A DNA stretch of 32,000 bases, taken from an uncultured Bacilli bacterium. Its GTDB lineage: Bacteria > Bacillota_I > Bacilli_A > RF39 > UBA660. The stretch covers positions 172,567-204,566 of the forward strand of contig CAJTZY010000001.1 of the NCBI GenBank assembly GCA_910584085.1, written 5' to 3'. Under the pieces are notes generated by a model that worked only from the letters and a program-made list of their open reading frames with translations, was not told where the DNA came from and made no database searches. Shown one piece after another: positions 1 to 10,019 of this stretch (position 1 is its first letter; each line of letters opens with the position of its first letter). The translations under genes were made by a program, and so were the position numbers.

Positions 1-28
1 ATTTAAAATAAAAATGAAGGAGGATTTT

Positions 29-751
29 ATGAAAAACAAAAAAATTCTAATAATTATTGGTGTGATAGTTATAATACTTTTATCTATTTTATATTTGTTA
101 TTTTTAAATAAAGAAAGTGATGCTATTAAATTTAAAAAAGAATATGAATCATTAAATAATACAACAAGAGATAGTGATGGTGCAAAATATAATAATATAA
201 GTATAGACAAATCTAATCCAATTAAATATGTTGATACTAAAGGCACACTTGATGTATTAGAGAGTGATAAGGCTATTCTTTATATTGGTGCTAATTGGTG
301 CCCATGGTGTAGGAGCGCAGTGCCAGTTCTTTTTGAAGTAGCAAAAAAATACAATATAAAAACCATTTATTATTTAAACCTAGATGATGAAAAATCTTCT
401 TTTGAAATAAAAGATGGAAAACTTATTAAGACAGTAAATGGAACAGATGGGTACTATAAATTATTAGATAAATTAGATGATTTATTAAGAGATTACAAGC
501 TAACTGATGAAAATAATATAGAGTATGATACTAAAGAAAAGAGAATTTATATGCCATATGTATTAGGTATAAAAAAAGGTAGAGTTGTATCCAGTCATGT
601 TGGAACTATAACACTAAATGAAAATCAAACAAAATATAGTGAGTTAACTACCACTCAACATGATGAATTATTTGATATATATAGTGAACTATTTGATATC
701 GTTTATGGAAATAAAACAGGTACTTGTAATACACTTGAAGAGTGCAATTAA
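29..751 (+). CDS. membrane-anchored thioredoxin-fold protein (CPWC redox motif)
   Basis: ORF 14..751. AAGGAGG at 17-23 favours the in-frame ATG at 29. An N-terminal hydrophobic helix is followed by GANWCPWCRSAVP, a thioredoxin-type CxxC site. Confidence 0.8.
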   Translation: MKNKKILIIIGVIVIILLSILYLLFLNKESDAIKFKKEYESLNNTTRDSDGAKYNNISIDKSNPIKYVDTKGTLDVLESDKAILYIGANWCPWCRSAVPVLFEVAKKYNIKTIYYLNLDDEKSSFEIKDGKLIKTVNGTDGYYKLLDKLDDLLRDYKLTDENNIEYDTKEKRIYMPYVLGIKKGRVVSSHVGTITLNENQTKYSELTTTQHDELFDIYSELFDIVYGNKTGTCNTLEECN

Positions 752-754
752 ATG

Positions 755-779
755 AAATAGTAATTTTACTATTTTTTTT
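755..779 (+). terminator. intrinsic terminator after the thioredoxin-fold gene
   Basis: Stem aaatagta (755-762) pairs with tactattt (767-774) around a 4-nt loop, followed by a T-run. Confidence 0.65.
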
Positions 780-788
780 AATCCCAAA

Positions 789-817
789 TTGACAAATTAA
801 ATATTTTGTTTTATAAT
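789..817 (+). promoter_or_regulatory. consensus sigma-A-type promoter for the sigma-factor gene
   Basis: TTGACA (789-794), 17-nt spacer, TATAAT (812-817), about 30 nt upstream of the RBS and ATG at 850. Confidence 0.6.
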
Positions 818-849
818 ACAGTCAATTTATATAAAAAGAGGGTGTGTTT

Positions 850-2373
850 ATGGAATTTGATATTAATAAATTAGAGTCATATTCAGTCAATGAACTATAT
901 GAAAACTTATTGCCTATTTCAAATAGTATATGTGAGCAATATAAAAGTACTATAATTACAGATGCCGTGTATAAAAAACTTGTTTTAAAAGCGATAAAAG
1001 AAAGTATAAAAAAGATAAAAAATTTTGATACGTACTTTACTAATAAATTAAAAGATACTTTTATTACCTATATATTAATAGTAATAAAAGATGATAACAG
1101 TAAAATAGATATATTTATAAATGATTATATTAATAAAAATATTGAAGATGCAAATGATAATTTAATTGCGATTAAACAAATGAGACAGTTAATAAGTTTT
1201 TTTAACGATATAAACTATTATCCAAAATTTAATAAATACGAAGAGCTCACAAAAAACGAAAAAATTAGTAATAATTTAAAAGTAATAGTAAATTCAAACT
1301 TAACCTCTATTATACACAATCAAATTAGTAAAATATTTGATAACGAAATTTTAATCTCACTTATTGAAATATATTGTATGGATAATAATATCGAAATAGA
1401 TTCTAATTATATAGAAGATGATAGTCTATACGACGATTTAATGTGTAAGTCCAGCATTGATATTATTAGAGCTTATTTAAAAGATATTGGAAAATATCCA
1501 ACTCTAAGTGCTGAGGAAGAAAAAGAACTAGGTTATAAAATTTTAGAAGGTGACGAGTTCGCTAGAAAAACTTTAATAGAAAGAAACTTAAAATTAGCAG
1601 TTTCAATAGCAAGTAAAAATAAAGGAAGAGGATTAGATCTTCCAGATTTAATACAAGAGGCTAATAAAGGACTTATGAGGGCTGTAGACAAGTATGATGT
1701 CAGACTTGGACGCAGGTTTTCTACATATGCAACTTGGTGGATTAGACAAAGTATCAATAGAGGTATATATAATAATGCTAAAAATATAAGAATTTCAGTC
1801 CCTATGCAAGAAAAAATAGCAATGGTAAATAGGGTAAGACAAAAATTAATTAATGAGCTACAAAGAAATCCTAGTGATGATGAGGTAGCAGAAATAACTG
1901 GATATGAAGTAGACGAAATTAAATTTTTTGATGATATAAGTAGAGATGTCTTAAGTTTAAATGAACCTGTTAATAATAATAATGAAGAAAGCGAAGAAGA
2001 ATTTATTGATTTTGTTGAATCGGATAATATATCAGTACAAGATGTAGCAGAAAATAATATATTACATGAAGATTTATTAAAATTAATGGATGATTGTAAA
2101 TTGAGTTCAAGACAAAAACAAGTTTTAATATTGCATTATATGGAAGATGAAAACTTTGCCGATATAGCAAGAAAACTACATTGTACAAGAGAACTTATAA
2201 GACAAATCCACAATGGAGCAATAAAAAAATTATTAAAATCTGATAAAATAAAACAATTTGCTGCATATTTAGATAATCCGGAAAGTGCAGTAGAAAAAGT
2301 AAAGACAGAAAAAAAATCCGAAGATTATAATTATAAAAAATATGTATATAGTAAAAGACACAAAAATAAATAA
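850..2373 (+). CDS. sigma-70 family RNA polymerase sigma factor (RpoD-like regions 1.2-4) with a long N-terminal extension
   Basis: ORF 844..2373. AGAGGG at 837-842 fits the ATG at 850 better than the GTG at 844. Region 2 reads [37 protein letters not shown]. Region 4 HTH reads [26 protein letters not shown]. Confidence 0.9.
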   Translation: MEFDINKLESYSVNELYENLLPISNSICEQYKSTIITDAVYKKLVLKAIKESIKKIKNFDTYFTNKLKDTFITYILIVIKDDNSKIDIFINDYINKNIEDANDNLIAIKQMRQLISFFNDINYYPKFNKYEELTKNEKISNNLKVIVNSNLTSIIHNQISKIFDNEILISLIEIYCMDNNIEIDSNYIEDDSLYDDLMCKSSIDIIRAYLKDIGKYPTLSAEEEKELGYKILEGDEFARKTLIERNLKLAVSIASKNKGRGLDLPDLIQEANKGLMRAVDKYDVRLGRRFSTYATWWIRQSINRGIYNNAKNIRISVPMQEKIAMVNRVRQKLINELQRNPSDDEVAEITGYEVDEIKFFDDISRDVLSLNEPVNNNNEESEEEFIDFVESDNISVQDVAENNILHEDLLKLMDDCKLSSRQKQVLILHYMEDENFADIARKLHCTRELIRQIHNGAIKKLLKSDKIKQFAAYLDNPESAVEKVKTEKKSEDYNYKKYVYSKRHKNK

Positions 2374-2473
2374 GTAGTATGTTTTAAAAATATACTGCTT
2401 TTTATTTTTAAATAAACAAAATATAATATTAACTGCATACAATGTAAAGAGTAAATTTATAATAGGAGGAATC

Positions 2474-3412
2474 ATGAAAAATATTATTGAAGTAAAAAAT
2501 TTAACCAAGAAATATAAAAATTTAATTGCAGTAAATAATTTATCATTTGAACTATTTGAGGGAGAAATACTAGGGCTTTTAGGACCAAATGGTAGTGGAA
2601 AATCTACAACTATAAATTGTATACTCTCATTACTTAAATTTAATAGTGGTAGTATTAAAATATTTGGTGAATATATGGAACCTAATTCCTCTGGTTTAAA
2701 AAGAAATATCGGTGTAGTATTTCAAGATATTGCTCTTTTTGAGGAACTCACTGTTTATGATAATATAGATTACTTTTGCGGGCTTTATATTAATGATAAA
2801 AAAGTACGTAAAAAATATATCGAGGATGCTATTAAATTAGTAGGTCTTCAAGATTTCAAAAAATTCTATCCTAAAGAATTATCTGGAGGATTACTTAGAA
2901 GATTAAATATTGCATGTGGTATAGCGCATAAACCGAAAATAATCTTTTTAGATGAACCAACTGTAGCAGTAGATCCTCAAAGTAGAAATAACATATTAGA
3001 AGGAATAAAGAAATTAAGAGATAATGGAGCTACTATAATTTATACAACACATTATATGGAAGAAGTAGAAATTATTTGCGATAGAGTAATAATAATTGAC
3101 AAAGGTGAAATAATTGCAAGTGGGACTAATGAGGAATTAAAATGTTTAGCTAGTATAGAAGAAAAAATAATTGTTGAATGTAATAATTTTAATGATAATT
3201 ATATTGAACAAATAAAAGAGTTAGAAAATGTAAGTGATGTTTCATATAACAATAATATTTTAACTATTTATTATACTAAGGGAAAAAATAATTTAATAAG
3301 TATTATAAAATATTTAAAAAAAGAGAGTATAGAGTATAATAAAATCTATTCCTGCCTGCCAACACTTAATGATGTATTTTTAGAACTAACAGGAAAGGAA
3401 CTTAGAGATTAA
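2474..3412 (+). CDS. ABC transporter ATP-binding protein (ABC-2 exporter type)
   Basis: Walker A GPNGSGKST, signature LSGGLLRR, Walker B IIFLDEPT. GGAGGA RBS upstream. Confidence 0.92.
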   Translation: MKNIIEVKNLTKKYKNLIAVNNLSFELFEGEILGLLGPNGSGKSTTINCILSLLKFNSGSIKIFGEYMEPNSSGLKRNIGVVFQDIALFEELTVYDNIDYFCGLYINDKKVRKKYIEDAIKLVGLQDFKKFYPKELSGGLLRRLNIACGIAHKPKIIFLDEPTVAVDPQSRNNILEGIKKLRDNGATIIYTTHYMEEVEIICDRVIIIDKGEIIASGTNEELKCLASIEEKIIVECNNFNDNYIEQIKELENVSDVSYNNNILTIYYTKGKNNLISIIKYLKKESIEYNKIYSCLPTLNDVFLELTGKELRD

Positions 3413-4566
3413 TGTTTACACATAATTTTAAATATTCCTTAAAAACTCTCTTTAAAAATAAAACATTAATATTTTGGACATTCGCTTTTCCAATAATACT
3501 TGGTACTTTCTTTAATATGGCGTTTTCCAATATAGAAAAAAATGAAACATTAAGTATTATAGATATAGCAATAGTGGAAAATGATGAATTTAAAAATAAT
3601 AAGGTATTTTTAGAAACTATAAAAACATTAAGTGATAAAGAAAACGAAAAAAGATTATTTGATACAAAATATGTTGATATAAATGAGGCGAAAAAATTAT
3701 TAAGTAATAAAAAAATAACAGGTTATTTAATACTCGAAGATACTCCAAAGATAATAGTTAATTCAAGTGGTATAAATGAAACAATTTTAAAATATGTAAT
3801 AGATGAAATAACTCAAAATGAAATTATTATTAATAACATTATAAATAATAAAATTAAGAATAATGTATATACTGATGAAATATATAATGAAGTGATGCAA
3901 AAATTAGAAAGTAATATAAACATAAACCATATACAAAACCAAAATTTAAGTTATACTATGATAGAATATTATACTTTAATTGCTTTAGCATGCCTATATG
4001 GGGGAATACTCGGTATGAGTTCAGTAGGCAAAACACAAGCCAATATGTGTAGTACTGGTAAAAGAATTTCAGTGAGCTCAACCTCAAAAATAAAAATAAT
4101 ATTCAGTAGTATACTTGCAAGTTATATAGTAGAACTTATAGGGATTATACTTTTATTTTTGTATACCATTTTTATAATTAAAGTAGATTATGGAAATAAT
4201 TTAATACTAGTTATACTTTTATCAGTTGTAGGCTCACTAACAGGTTTATCACTTGGAATTTTAATTACAACAGTACTCAAATCTAATTTTAATATAAAAC
4301 TTGGTATTATTATTTCTACAACAACATTATTATGCTTCTTATCGGGTATGATGGGAATTACAATGAAATATACAATAGATAAAAATATTCCTATTATAAA
4401 TAAGATAAATCCGGCAAGCATGATAACTGATGGATTTTATTCACTTTATTATTACGGTGCGGGTGATAGGTTCTATTTTAATATAATAAGTTTACTTATA
4501 TCAGCTGGTATTATGGTACTAATTTCATTATTTAGTCTAAGGAGAAAAAAATATGATAGTATTTAA
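3412..4566 (+). CDS. ABC-2 family transporter permease
   Basis: The start abuts the stop of the ATPase gene (TAATG). One N-terminal TM helix, a large extracytoplasmic loop, then a cluster of C-terminal TM helices. Confidence 0.8.
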   Translation: MFTHNFKYSLKTLFKNKTLIFWTFAFPIILGTFFNMAFSNIEKNETLSIIDIAIVENDEFKNNKVFLETIKTLSDKENEKRLFDTKYVDINEAKKLLSNKKITGYLILEDTPKIIVNSSGINETILKYVIDEITQNEIIINNIINNKIKNNVYTDEIYNEVMQKLESNININHIQNQNLSYTMIEYYTLIALACLYGGILGMSSVGKTQANMCSTGKRISVSSTSKIKIIFSSILASYIVELIGIILLFLYTIFIIKVDYGNNLILVILLSVVGSLTGLSLGILITTVLKSNFNIKLGIIISTTTLLCFLSGMMGITMKYTIDKNIPIINKINPASMITDGFYSLYYYGAGDRFYFNIISLLISAGIMVLISLFSLRRKKYDSI

Positions 4567-5695
4567 AACATTTCTTAAAGTTTTAAACAAGTGTAAAGGT
4601 ATAATTATTTTTGAAACCGCACTACTAATATTTTTTGGAGGATACAATATAGAAACAAATGATGTTTCTATAAACTTTGTTTCAAGTAATCCAAATATTT
4701 TAATTATAAATAGTGATAAAAAAGAAGGAATTACAAAGAATCTAATAAACTATATAGAAAATAATAGTAATATAGTTGATATCGATGAAAATTTAATAGA
4801 TGATGCATTATTTTATAGGGATGTAAACTATATTATTTATATAAAAGATAACTTTAGAAATAATTTTATTAATAACAACGAAATAGGAATAGAAGTTAAA
4901 AGTACAGGTGATTATCAATCAAGCTTAGCAGAAATGATGCTTAGTAGATATTTAAAAATTGCAAGTATATATAATGAAATATCAAACTCAGAAGAAGAGC
5001 TAATAAGTTATATAGATAATACATTGCAAAATAAAAGTGAGATAGAAACTACCTCAAAATTGAATACAGAAAAATTAAATAAAGCAACAGTTTATTATAA
5101 TTTTACTAATTACTGCTTTTTGGCAGGAAGTATATACGTTATATGCTTGGTACTTTCAAGTTTTAGAAATAAAAATATAAAAATGAGAACTATTATAAGT
5201 AGTATGAACTATAAAAAGTATAATAGAAAATTACTTATTTCATGCAGTATGTTCGCTATAACCTTATGGTTATTATATGTATTACTTAGTTTTATATTAA
5301 TTGGAAGTATTATGTATACAACACATGGATTACTTTACATAATAAATGCTTTAGTATTTACATTTTGTACCTTAACACTTGCATTTCTTCTTGGAAATAT
5401 TTTAAAAAATAAAACCGTCATAAATGGGATTATAAATGTAGTCGCACTAGGTAGTAGTTTTTTATGTGGTGCGTTTGTACCTATGGAATGGTTACCTGAT
5501 TATGTAATTAATATAGCTCACATTTTACCATCATATTATTTTATAAAAAATAATGAATTATTAAAAACAATAGAAGTATTTAATTTTGATACTATGAAAC
5601 CAATAATTATAAATATGATAATAGTAATAATTTTTTCTGGGTTATTTATAATAATTACAAATATAATATCAAAGCGTCAAAGAAAAATTGATTAA
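4553..5695 (+). CDS. ABC-2 family transporter permease (second subunit)
   Basis: Overlaps the previous permease gene by 14 nt. AGGAGA RBS. Same topology as the previous permease: N-terminal TM helix, loop, C-terminal TM bundle. Confidence 0.8.
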   Translation: MIVFKTFLKVLNKCKGIIIFETALLIFFGGYNIETNDVSINFVSSNPNILIINSDKKEGITKNLINYIENNSNIVDIDENLIDDALFYRDVNYIIYIKDNFRNNFINNNEIGIEVKSTGDYQSSLAEMMLSRYLKIASIYNEISNSEEELISYIDNTLQNKSEIETTSKLNTEKLNKATVYYNFTNYCFLAGSIYVICLVLSSFRNKNIKMRTIISSMNYKKYNRKLLISCSMFAITLWLLYVLLSFILIGSIMYTTHGLLYIINALVFTFCTLTLAFLLGNILKNKTVINGIINVVALGSSFLCGAFVPMEWLPDYVINIAHILPSYYFIKNNELLKTIEVFNFDTMKPIIINMIIVIIFSGLFIIITNIISKRQRKID

Positions 5696-5779
5696 AACAA
5701 ATCAATTTTTTTAATATATATAATTGCTATTAAGTCTAATTTATTGTATAATTACTATCGTATAGTAATGGAGGAAATT

Positions 5780-6733
5780 ATGCTAATAAACGTAATTATG
5801 ATTATAATAGGATTTATACTTTTAATAAAAGGAGCTGACTTTTTAGTAGATGGATCAAGTAGTATCGCAAAAAAACTTAGAATTCCAGAGATAATAGTAG
5901 GCTTAACAATTGTTTCAATAGGAACCTCTATGCCAGAATTGTTTGTTAGTGTAACCTCTGCAATAGGTGGACATTCTGATATGTCTATTGGAAATATAAT
6001 AGGGAGTAATGTATGTAATCTACTTTTAATACTTGGACTTTCTGCAGTTATAAGCCCTATAAAATTTCAAAAGCAAACTAAATATATAGAGATACCTATG
6101 TGTATATTAATAACAGTAATATTTATGATACTATGCAATACAGATAACAGAATCACAAAAATAGAATCGCTTTTATTAATACTTTTGTTTATAATATTTA
6201 TACTTTATACAATATTTATAGGATTAAAGGGAGGTTCATTAAATAAGGAAGAAAAGATAAGTAATAAAGATATAAAAAATATATCAATACTAAAAAATAC
6301 CATATATATAATATTAGGTATAGTAGGGCTTAAATTTGGTGGAGATTTCATAGTAGATAATTCTGTTATTATAGCTGAACATTTTAAAATAAGTGAAAAA
6401 ATTATTAGTTTAACAATTCTTGCTATAGGGACAAGCTTGCCAGAACTTGTTACAAGTGTTACTGCAGCTATTAAGGGAAATAGTGATATAGCAGTAGGAA
6501 ATATAATAGGCTCTAATATATTTAATATTTTACTTATTATAGGCGTATCTTCATTTATAAATCCTATGAGTTATAACGTAACTTATAATATACAATTAAT
6601 AATATTATTAATTTCAACAATGTTATTATCAGTATTTTCAATAATACCACCCAAAAATGAAGTAAGTAGATCTAATGGTGGAATATATTTAGTAATGTAT
6701 GTAATATACCTAATAATTTTATTTATAATATAA
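5780..6733 (+). CDS. calcium/sodium:cation antiporter (CaCA/YrbG family)
   Basis: ORF 5744..6733. GGAGG at 5770-5774 favours the ATG at 5780. Two alpha-repeat motifs are present: GTSMPELFVS...GNIIGSN and GTSLPELVTS...GNIIGSN. Confidence 0.9.
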   Translation: MLINVIMIIIGFILLIKGADFLVDGSSSIAKKLRIPEIIVGLTIVSIGTSMPELFVSVTSAIGGHSDMSIGNIIGSNVCNLLLILGLSAVISPIKFQKQTKYIEIPMCILITVIFMILCNTDNRITKIESLLLILLFIIFILYTIFIGLKGGSLNKEEKISNKDIKNISILKNTIYIILGIVGLKFGGDFIVDNSVIIAEHFKISEKIISLTILAIGTSLPELVTSVTAAIKGNSDIAVGNIIGSNIFNILLIIGVSSFINPMSYNVTYNIQLIILLISTMLLSVFSIIPPKNEVSRSNGGIYLVMYVIYLIILFII

Positions 6734-6748
6734 GTAAAAATTTAAGAA

Positions 6749-6771
6749 AATAGATTAGTCTATTTTTTTTT
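6749..6771 (+). terminator. intrinsic terminator after the antiporter gene
   Basis: Stem aataga (6749-6754) pairs with tctatt (6759-6764) around loop ttag, followed by a T-run of about 9. Confidence 0.65.
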
Positions 6772-6796
6772 ATTATAATTATAAAAGTAAATATAA

Positions 6797-6842
6797 TTCT
6801 TAAGAATTTCTTAATAACTATATATAAGAATCATGTTATAAT
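6797..6842 (+). promoter_or_regulatory. candidate VanR-responsive promoter: two 11-bp phased direct repeats plus an extended -10
   Basis: ttcttaagaat (6797-6807) is followed directly by ttcttaataac (6808-6818), 9/11 identical. TGtTATAAT lies at 6834-6842, upstream of vanR. Confidence 0.45.
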
Positions 6843-6880
6843 AAAAATATATAATGATTAATTTTGTAGGGAGTGTAGAC

Positions 6881-7570
6881 ATGAATATTTTAATTGTAGA
6901 TGATGAAAAAGAAATAGCAGATTTAATTGAAATCTACTTAAAGAATGAAAATTATAACGTTTATAAATATTATTCTAGTAAAAATATTTTAAGTGATTTA
7001 GAAAATATTGATATAGATTTAGCAATCTTAGATGTCATGATGCCGAATATAGACGGATTCTCATTGTGTAGTAAAATACGTGAAAAATATAACTTTCCAA
7101 TAATTTTTGTAACTGCTAAGGTAGAAGAAATAGATAAAATAAGTGGTCTTACAATAGGTGCAGATGATTATATAACAAAACCATTTGAACCCTTAGAACT
7201 TGTTGCTCGTGTAAAAGCACACCTCCGTAGGTATAAAAGATATAATAACTTAGAAGAAAAAAATGAAAATATAATAGATTTTAGAAGTGTTATAATAAAT
7301 AGGGATACACATGAATTTTATTTTAACGAAAAGAAAATAGATTTAACTCCAATAGAATTTTCAATACTTTGGTGTTTATGTGAGAATAGAGGTAACGTTG
7401 TTAAAACTGATGATTTATTTGCAAGTGTTTGGAAAGAAAAATATTTTGAGAAAGATAATAATACTATAATGGTTCATATAAGACATTTAAGAGAAAAGAT
7501 GAACGATACAAGTAAAAATCCTAAGTATATAAAAACAATATGGGGAGTGGGGTATAAGATTGAAAATTAA
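6881..7570 (+). CDS. vanR: OmpR-family response regulator, VanR-type
   Basis: ORF 6854..7570. The likely start is ATG 6881 (MNILIVDDEKE). The receiver domain has DD..D (ILDVMMP) and a winged-helix C-terminus (IWGVGYKI). The gene heads a van-type cluster. Confidence 0.88.
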   Translation: MNILIVDDEKEIADLIEIYLKNENYNVYKYYSSKNILSDLENIDIDLAILDVMMPNIDGFSLCSKIREKYNFPIIFVTAKVEEIDKISGLTIGADDYITKPFEPLELVARVKAHLRRYKRYNNLEEKNENIIDFRSVIINRDTHEFYFNEKKIDLTPIEFSILWCLCENRGNVVKTDDLFASVWKEKYFEKDNNTIMVHIRHLREKMNDTSKNPKYIKTIWGVGYKIEN

Positions 7571-8645
7571 GACAAATTACGGGAAAAAATTAACAAATAA
7601 ATTAATAGGTAGAATAATTATTGTAACTATTATTTATACAGTTATATTCGTTGTAACTTGGATAGTTGCTAGATTTATTTGCGGTTTATTTTTATGGTAT
7701 CCACAAAATTTATTATATAATGCATTAACAGCAATTGCTTATAGTGCGCCTAATCTTCTATTAATTTGGTTAGTAGGCTTTATAATAATTGTAATAGTGT
7801 GTTTAAGAAAAACTCTATTCTATATTGATTTAATAGTGGATGCTAGTGGAAAATTAACTAGTACGAGTGAAGAGTTAATAAAACTCCCAAATGATTTAAA
7901 TGAAGTAGAAAAAAGAATGAATCAAATAAAGCAAGTTGCTACATATAATGCGAAACTTGCAAAAGAGAATGAACAAAGAAAAAATGATTTAATTGTCTAT
8001 TTAGCTCATGACATTAAAACACCCCTAACATCTATGATTGGATATTTATCCTTACTTGATGAAGTTAAAGATATGCCAAAAAAACAAAAAGAAAAATATA
8101 CTAAGGTAGCACTTGAAAAATCATATAAATTAGAGGATTTAATAAATGAACTTTTTGATATCGCACGTTTCAATTCAGAAAAAATAATACTTGATAAAGA
8201 AGAATTAAATTTAAATATGATGATAGAACAAATTGTTGATGATTTTTATCCAATATTAAAAGAACTAAACAAAAAAATAACTATAATTAAAAATGAACCT
8301 ATAATACTTTTAGGGGATTCAGATAAACTTGCTAGAGTATTTAGTAATATAATAAAAAATGCAGTAAATTATAGCTTGGATAGTAGTAATATTACTATAG
8401 AAATTACAAAAGTGGATAATTTTGCAAATATTATAATTAGTAATAAGGGTAAGAAAATAAGCGAAGATAAATTAAATAAAATATTCGAAAAATTTTATAG
8501 AGTTGATTCTTCTAGGACAACTAAAACAGGTGGGAGTGGACTTGGACTTGCTATTGCAAAGGAAATCGTCGAACTGCACGGTGGTATAGTAAGTGCGACT
8601 AGCGATGAGAAATATACAAAGTTTTATATAAAACTTCCAATTTAA
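7560..8645 (+). CDS. vanS: sensor histidine kinase, VanS-type
   Basis: TTG start overlapping the vanR stop. Two N-terminal TM helices. H-box LAHDIKTPLTS, N-box IIKNAVNYS, G-box GGSGLGLAIAKEIVELHGG. Confidence 0.88.
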   Translation: MKIKTNYGKKLTNKLIGRIIIVTIIYTVIFVVTWIVARFICGLFLWYPQNLLYNALTAIAYSAPNLLLIWLVGFIIIVIVCLRKTLFYIDLIVDASGKLTSTSEELIKLPNDLNEVEKRMNQIKQVATYNAKLAKENEQRKNDLIVYLAHDIKTPLTSMIGYLSLLDEVKDMPKKQKEKYTKVALEKSYKLEDLINELFDIARFNSEKIILDKEELNLNMMIEQIVDDFYPILKELNKKITIIKNEPIILLGDSDKLARVFSNIIKNAVNYSLDSSNITIEITKVDNFANIIISNKGKKISEDKLNKIFEKFYRVDSSRTTKTGGSGLGLAIAKEIVELHGGIVSATSDEKYTKFYIKLPI

Positions 8646-8703
8646 AATTAATAAAAAAATATATAAATTGATAAATTATTGTACTTATGAAGGGAGATTT
8701 TAG

Positions 8704-9927
8704 ATGAAAAAAATATTATACTACATATTATTTATTTTAATGCTTATTCCAGTGGGTGCTGGAGCAATGGAACTACCTAAACTATATTCAGATAAGGTTT
8801 TACTATATGATCCAGAATCACAAGAAATTCTTTATGAAGAAAAAAGTGAAGAAGTTACAAGTATTGCTAGTTTAACTAAAATTATGACTACTATAGTTGC
8901 CATTGAAAATATAAAAAATTTAGATGAACAGGTAAAAATAACTTGGAATATGTTAAGTGAAGTGCCATATGATGCATCAGTTGCTGGACTAAAAGTGGGC
9001 GATAAAGTTACATATAGGGACTTACTTTATGCATCAATACTGCCATCAGGAGCAGATGCAACAACCGCACTCGCACATAGCATAAGTGGAACAACAGATA
9101 AGTTTATTGTCCTTATGAATAAAAAAGCGAGTGAGTTAGGACTTAAACACACACATTTTTCAAACGTTACAGGTTATGATATAGATAATCATTACAGTAC
9201 TGCAAAGGAAGTATTACAAATACTTTTATATTCATTAAAAAATCCATTATTTAAAGAAATTTATGAAACTAGAACGTATACATTATCAAATGGGTTAAAA
9301 GTAGAAAGCACTGTTAACCGTTATAACAGAACACTTAAATTAGATTTATCAAAAATAATTGGTAGTAAAACTGGTTATACAGGGGATGCTGGACTTTGTA
9401 TGTCGGCCATAATAAGAACTAATAATAAAGACTTAATATTAATCACATTAGGAGCAGAATATTCTAGAACAAACCCATATAATCTAGTTGATACATTAAA
9501 TATAATAGAATATTTAGATGATAATTATAATACCAAAGTGTTATATAAAAAGGATGAAGAACTTTTTAAAATTCCCGTAAAAAATTCAAAAGTAGATGAG
9601 TATATAGTTAAAGTTAAAGATAATATAGAAAAGTATGTTGAAGTTAATTATGACACTTCAGATTTAAAATATGAGTATGATGGTTTAAATGAATTAAGCT
9701 ATAAAAATAAGGAAGGAGAAAAAATAGGGCATATTAACTACTATTATAAAAATAAATTATTTTATGATGAGGATATATATTTAGTAGAAGAACTTAAATT
9801 TTCTTTTTATAAATATTTTATGTCACATATAGTAGAATTTTCTTCATTATTTTTAATAGGTGTTATAATGATTATTTTAATAAAATCAAAATGTAAAAGA
9901 AGAAAGAGAGTCTTAAGTAAATCTTAA
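8704..9927 (+). CDS. serine-type D-alanyl-D-alanine carboxypeptidase (S11/PBP5-like) with a C-terminal membrane anchor
   Basis: Signal peptide, SxxK motif (SIASLTKIMT), KTG motif (SKTGYTGDAG), C-terminal TM helix plus a KRRKR tail. It occupies the vanY position of the cluster. Confidence 0.85.
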   Translation: MKKILYYILFILMLIPVGAGAMELPKLYSDKVLLYDPESQEILYEEKSEEVTSIASLTKIMTTIVAIENIKNLDEQVKITWNMLSEVPYDASVAGLKVGDKVTYRDLLYASILPSGADATTALAHSISGTTDKFIVLMNKKASELGLKHTHFSNVTGYDIDNHYSTAKEVLQILLYSLKNPLFKEIYETRTYTLSNGLKVESTVNRYNRTLKLDLSKIIGSKTGYTGDAGLCMSAIIRTNNKDLILITLGAEYSRTNPYNLVDTLNIIEYLDDNYNTKVLYKKDEELFKIPVKNSKVDEYIVKVKDNIEKYVEVNYDTSDLKYEYDGLNELSYKNKEGEKIGHINYYYKNKLFYDEDIYLVEELKFSFYKYFMSHIVEFSSLFLIGVIMIILIKSKCKRRKRVLSKS

Positions 9928-9934
9928 GACTTTT
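9910..9934 (+). terminator. hairpin/weak terminator that is also a phased TCTTAAG repeat
   Basis: gtcttaag (9910-9917) pairs with cttaagac (9923-9930) around a 5-nt loop, followed by tttt. It contains TCTTAAG at 9911 and 9922, an 11-bp period. Confidence 0.45.
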
Positions 9935-10019
9935 ATAATACTAAATTAAAGAATAACTAATTATTAATTGATACAATTTAAATGTGTTAATTAATAATTT
10001 TTTTAAAGGAGTGATTAAT

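Noticed and set aside
2374-2473. A possible terminator after the sigma-factor gene (agtat...atact, then ttttt).
   Set aside because: The stem is only about 5 bp of AT-rich pairing, which is too weak to call.
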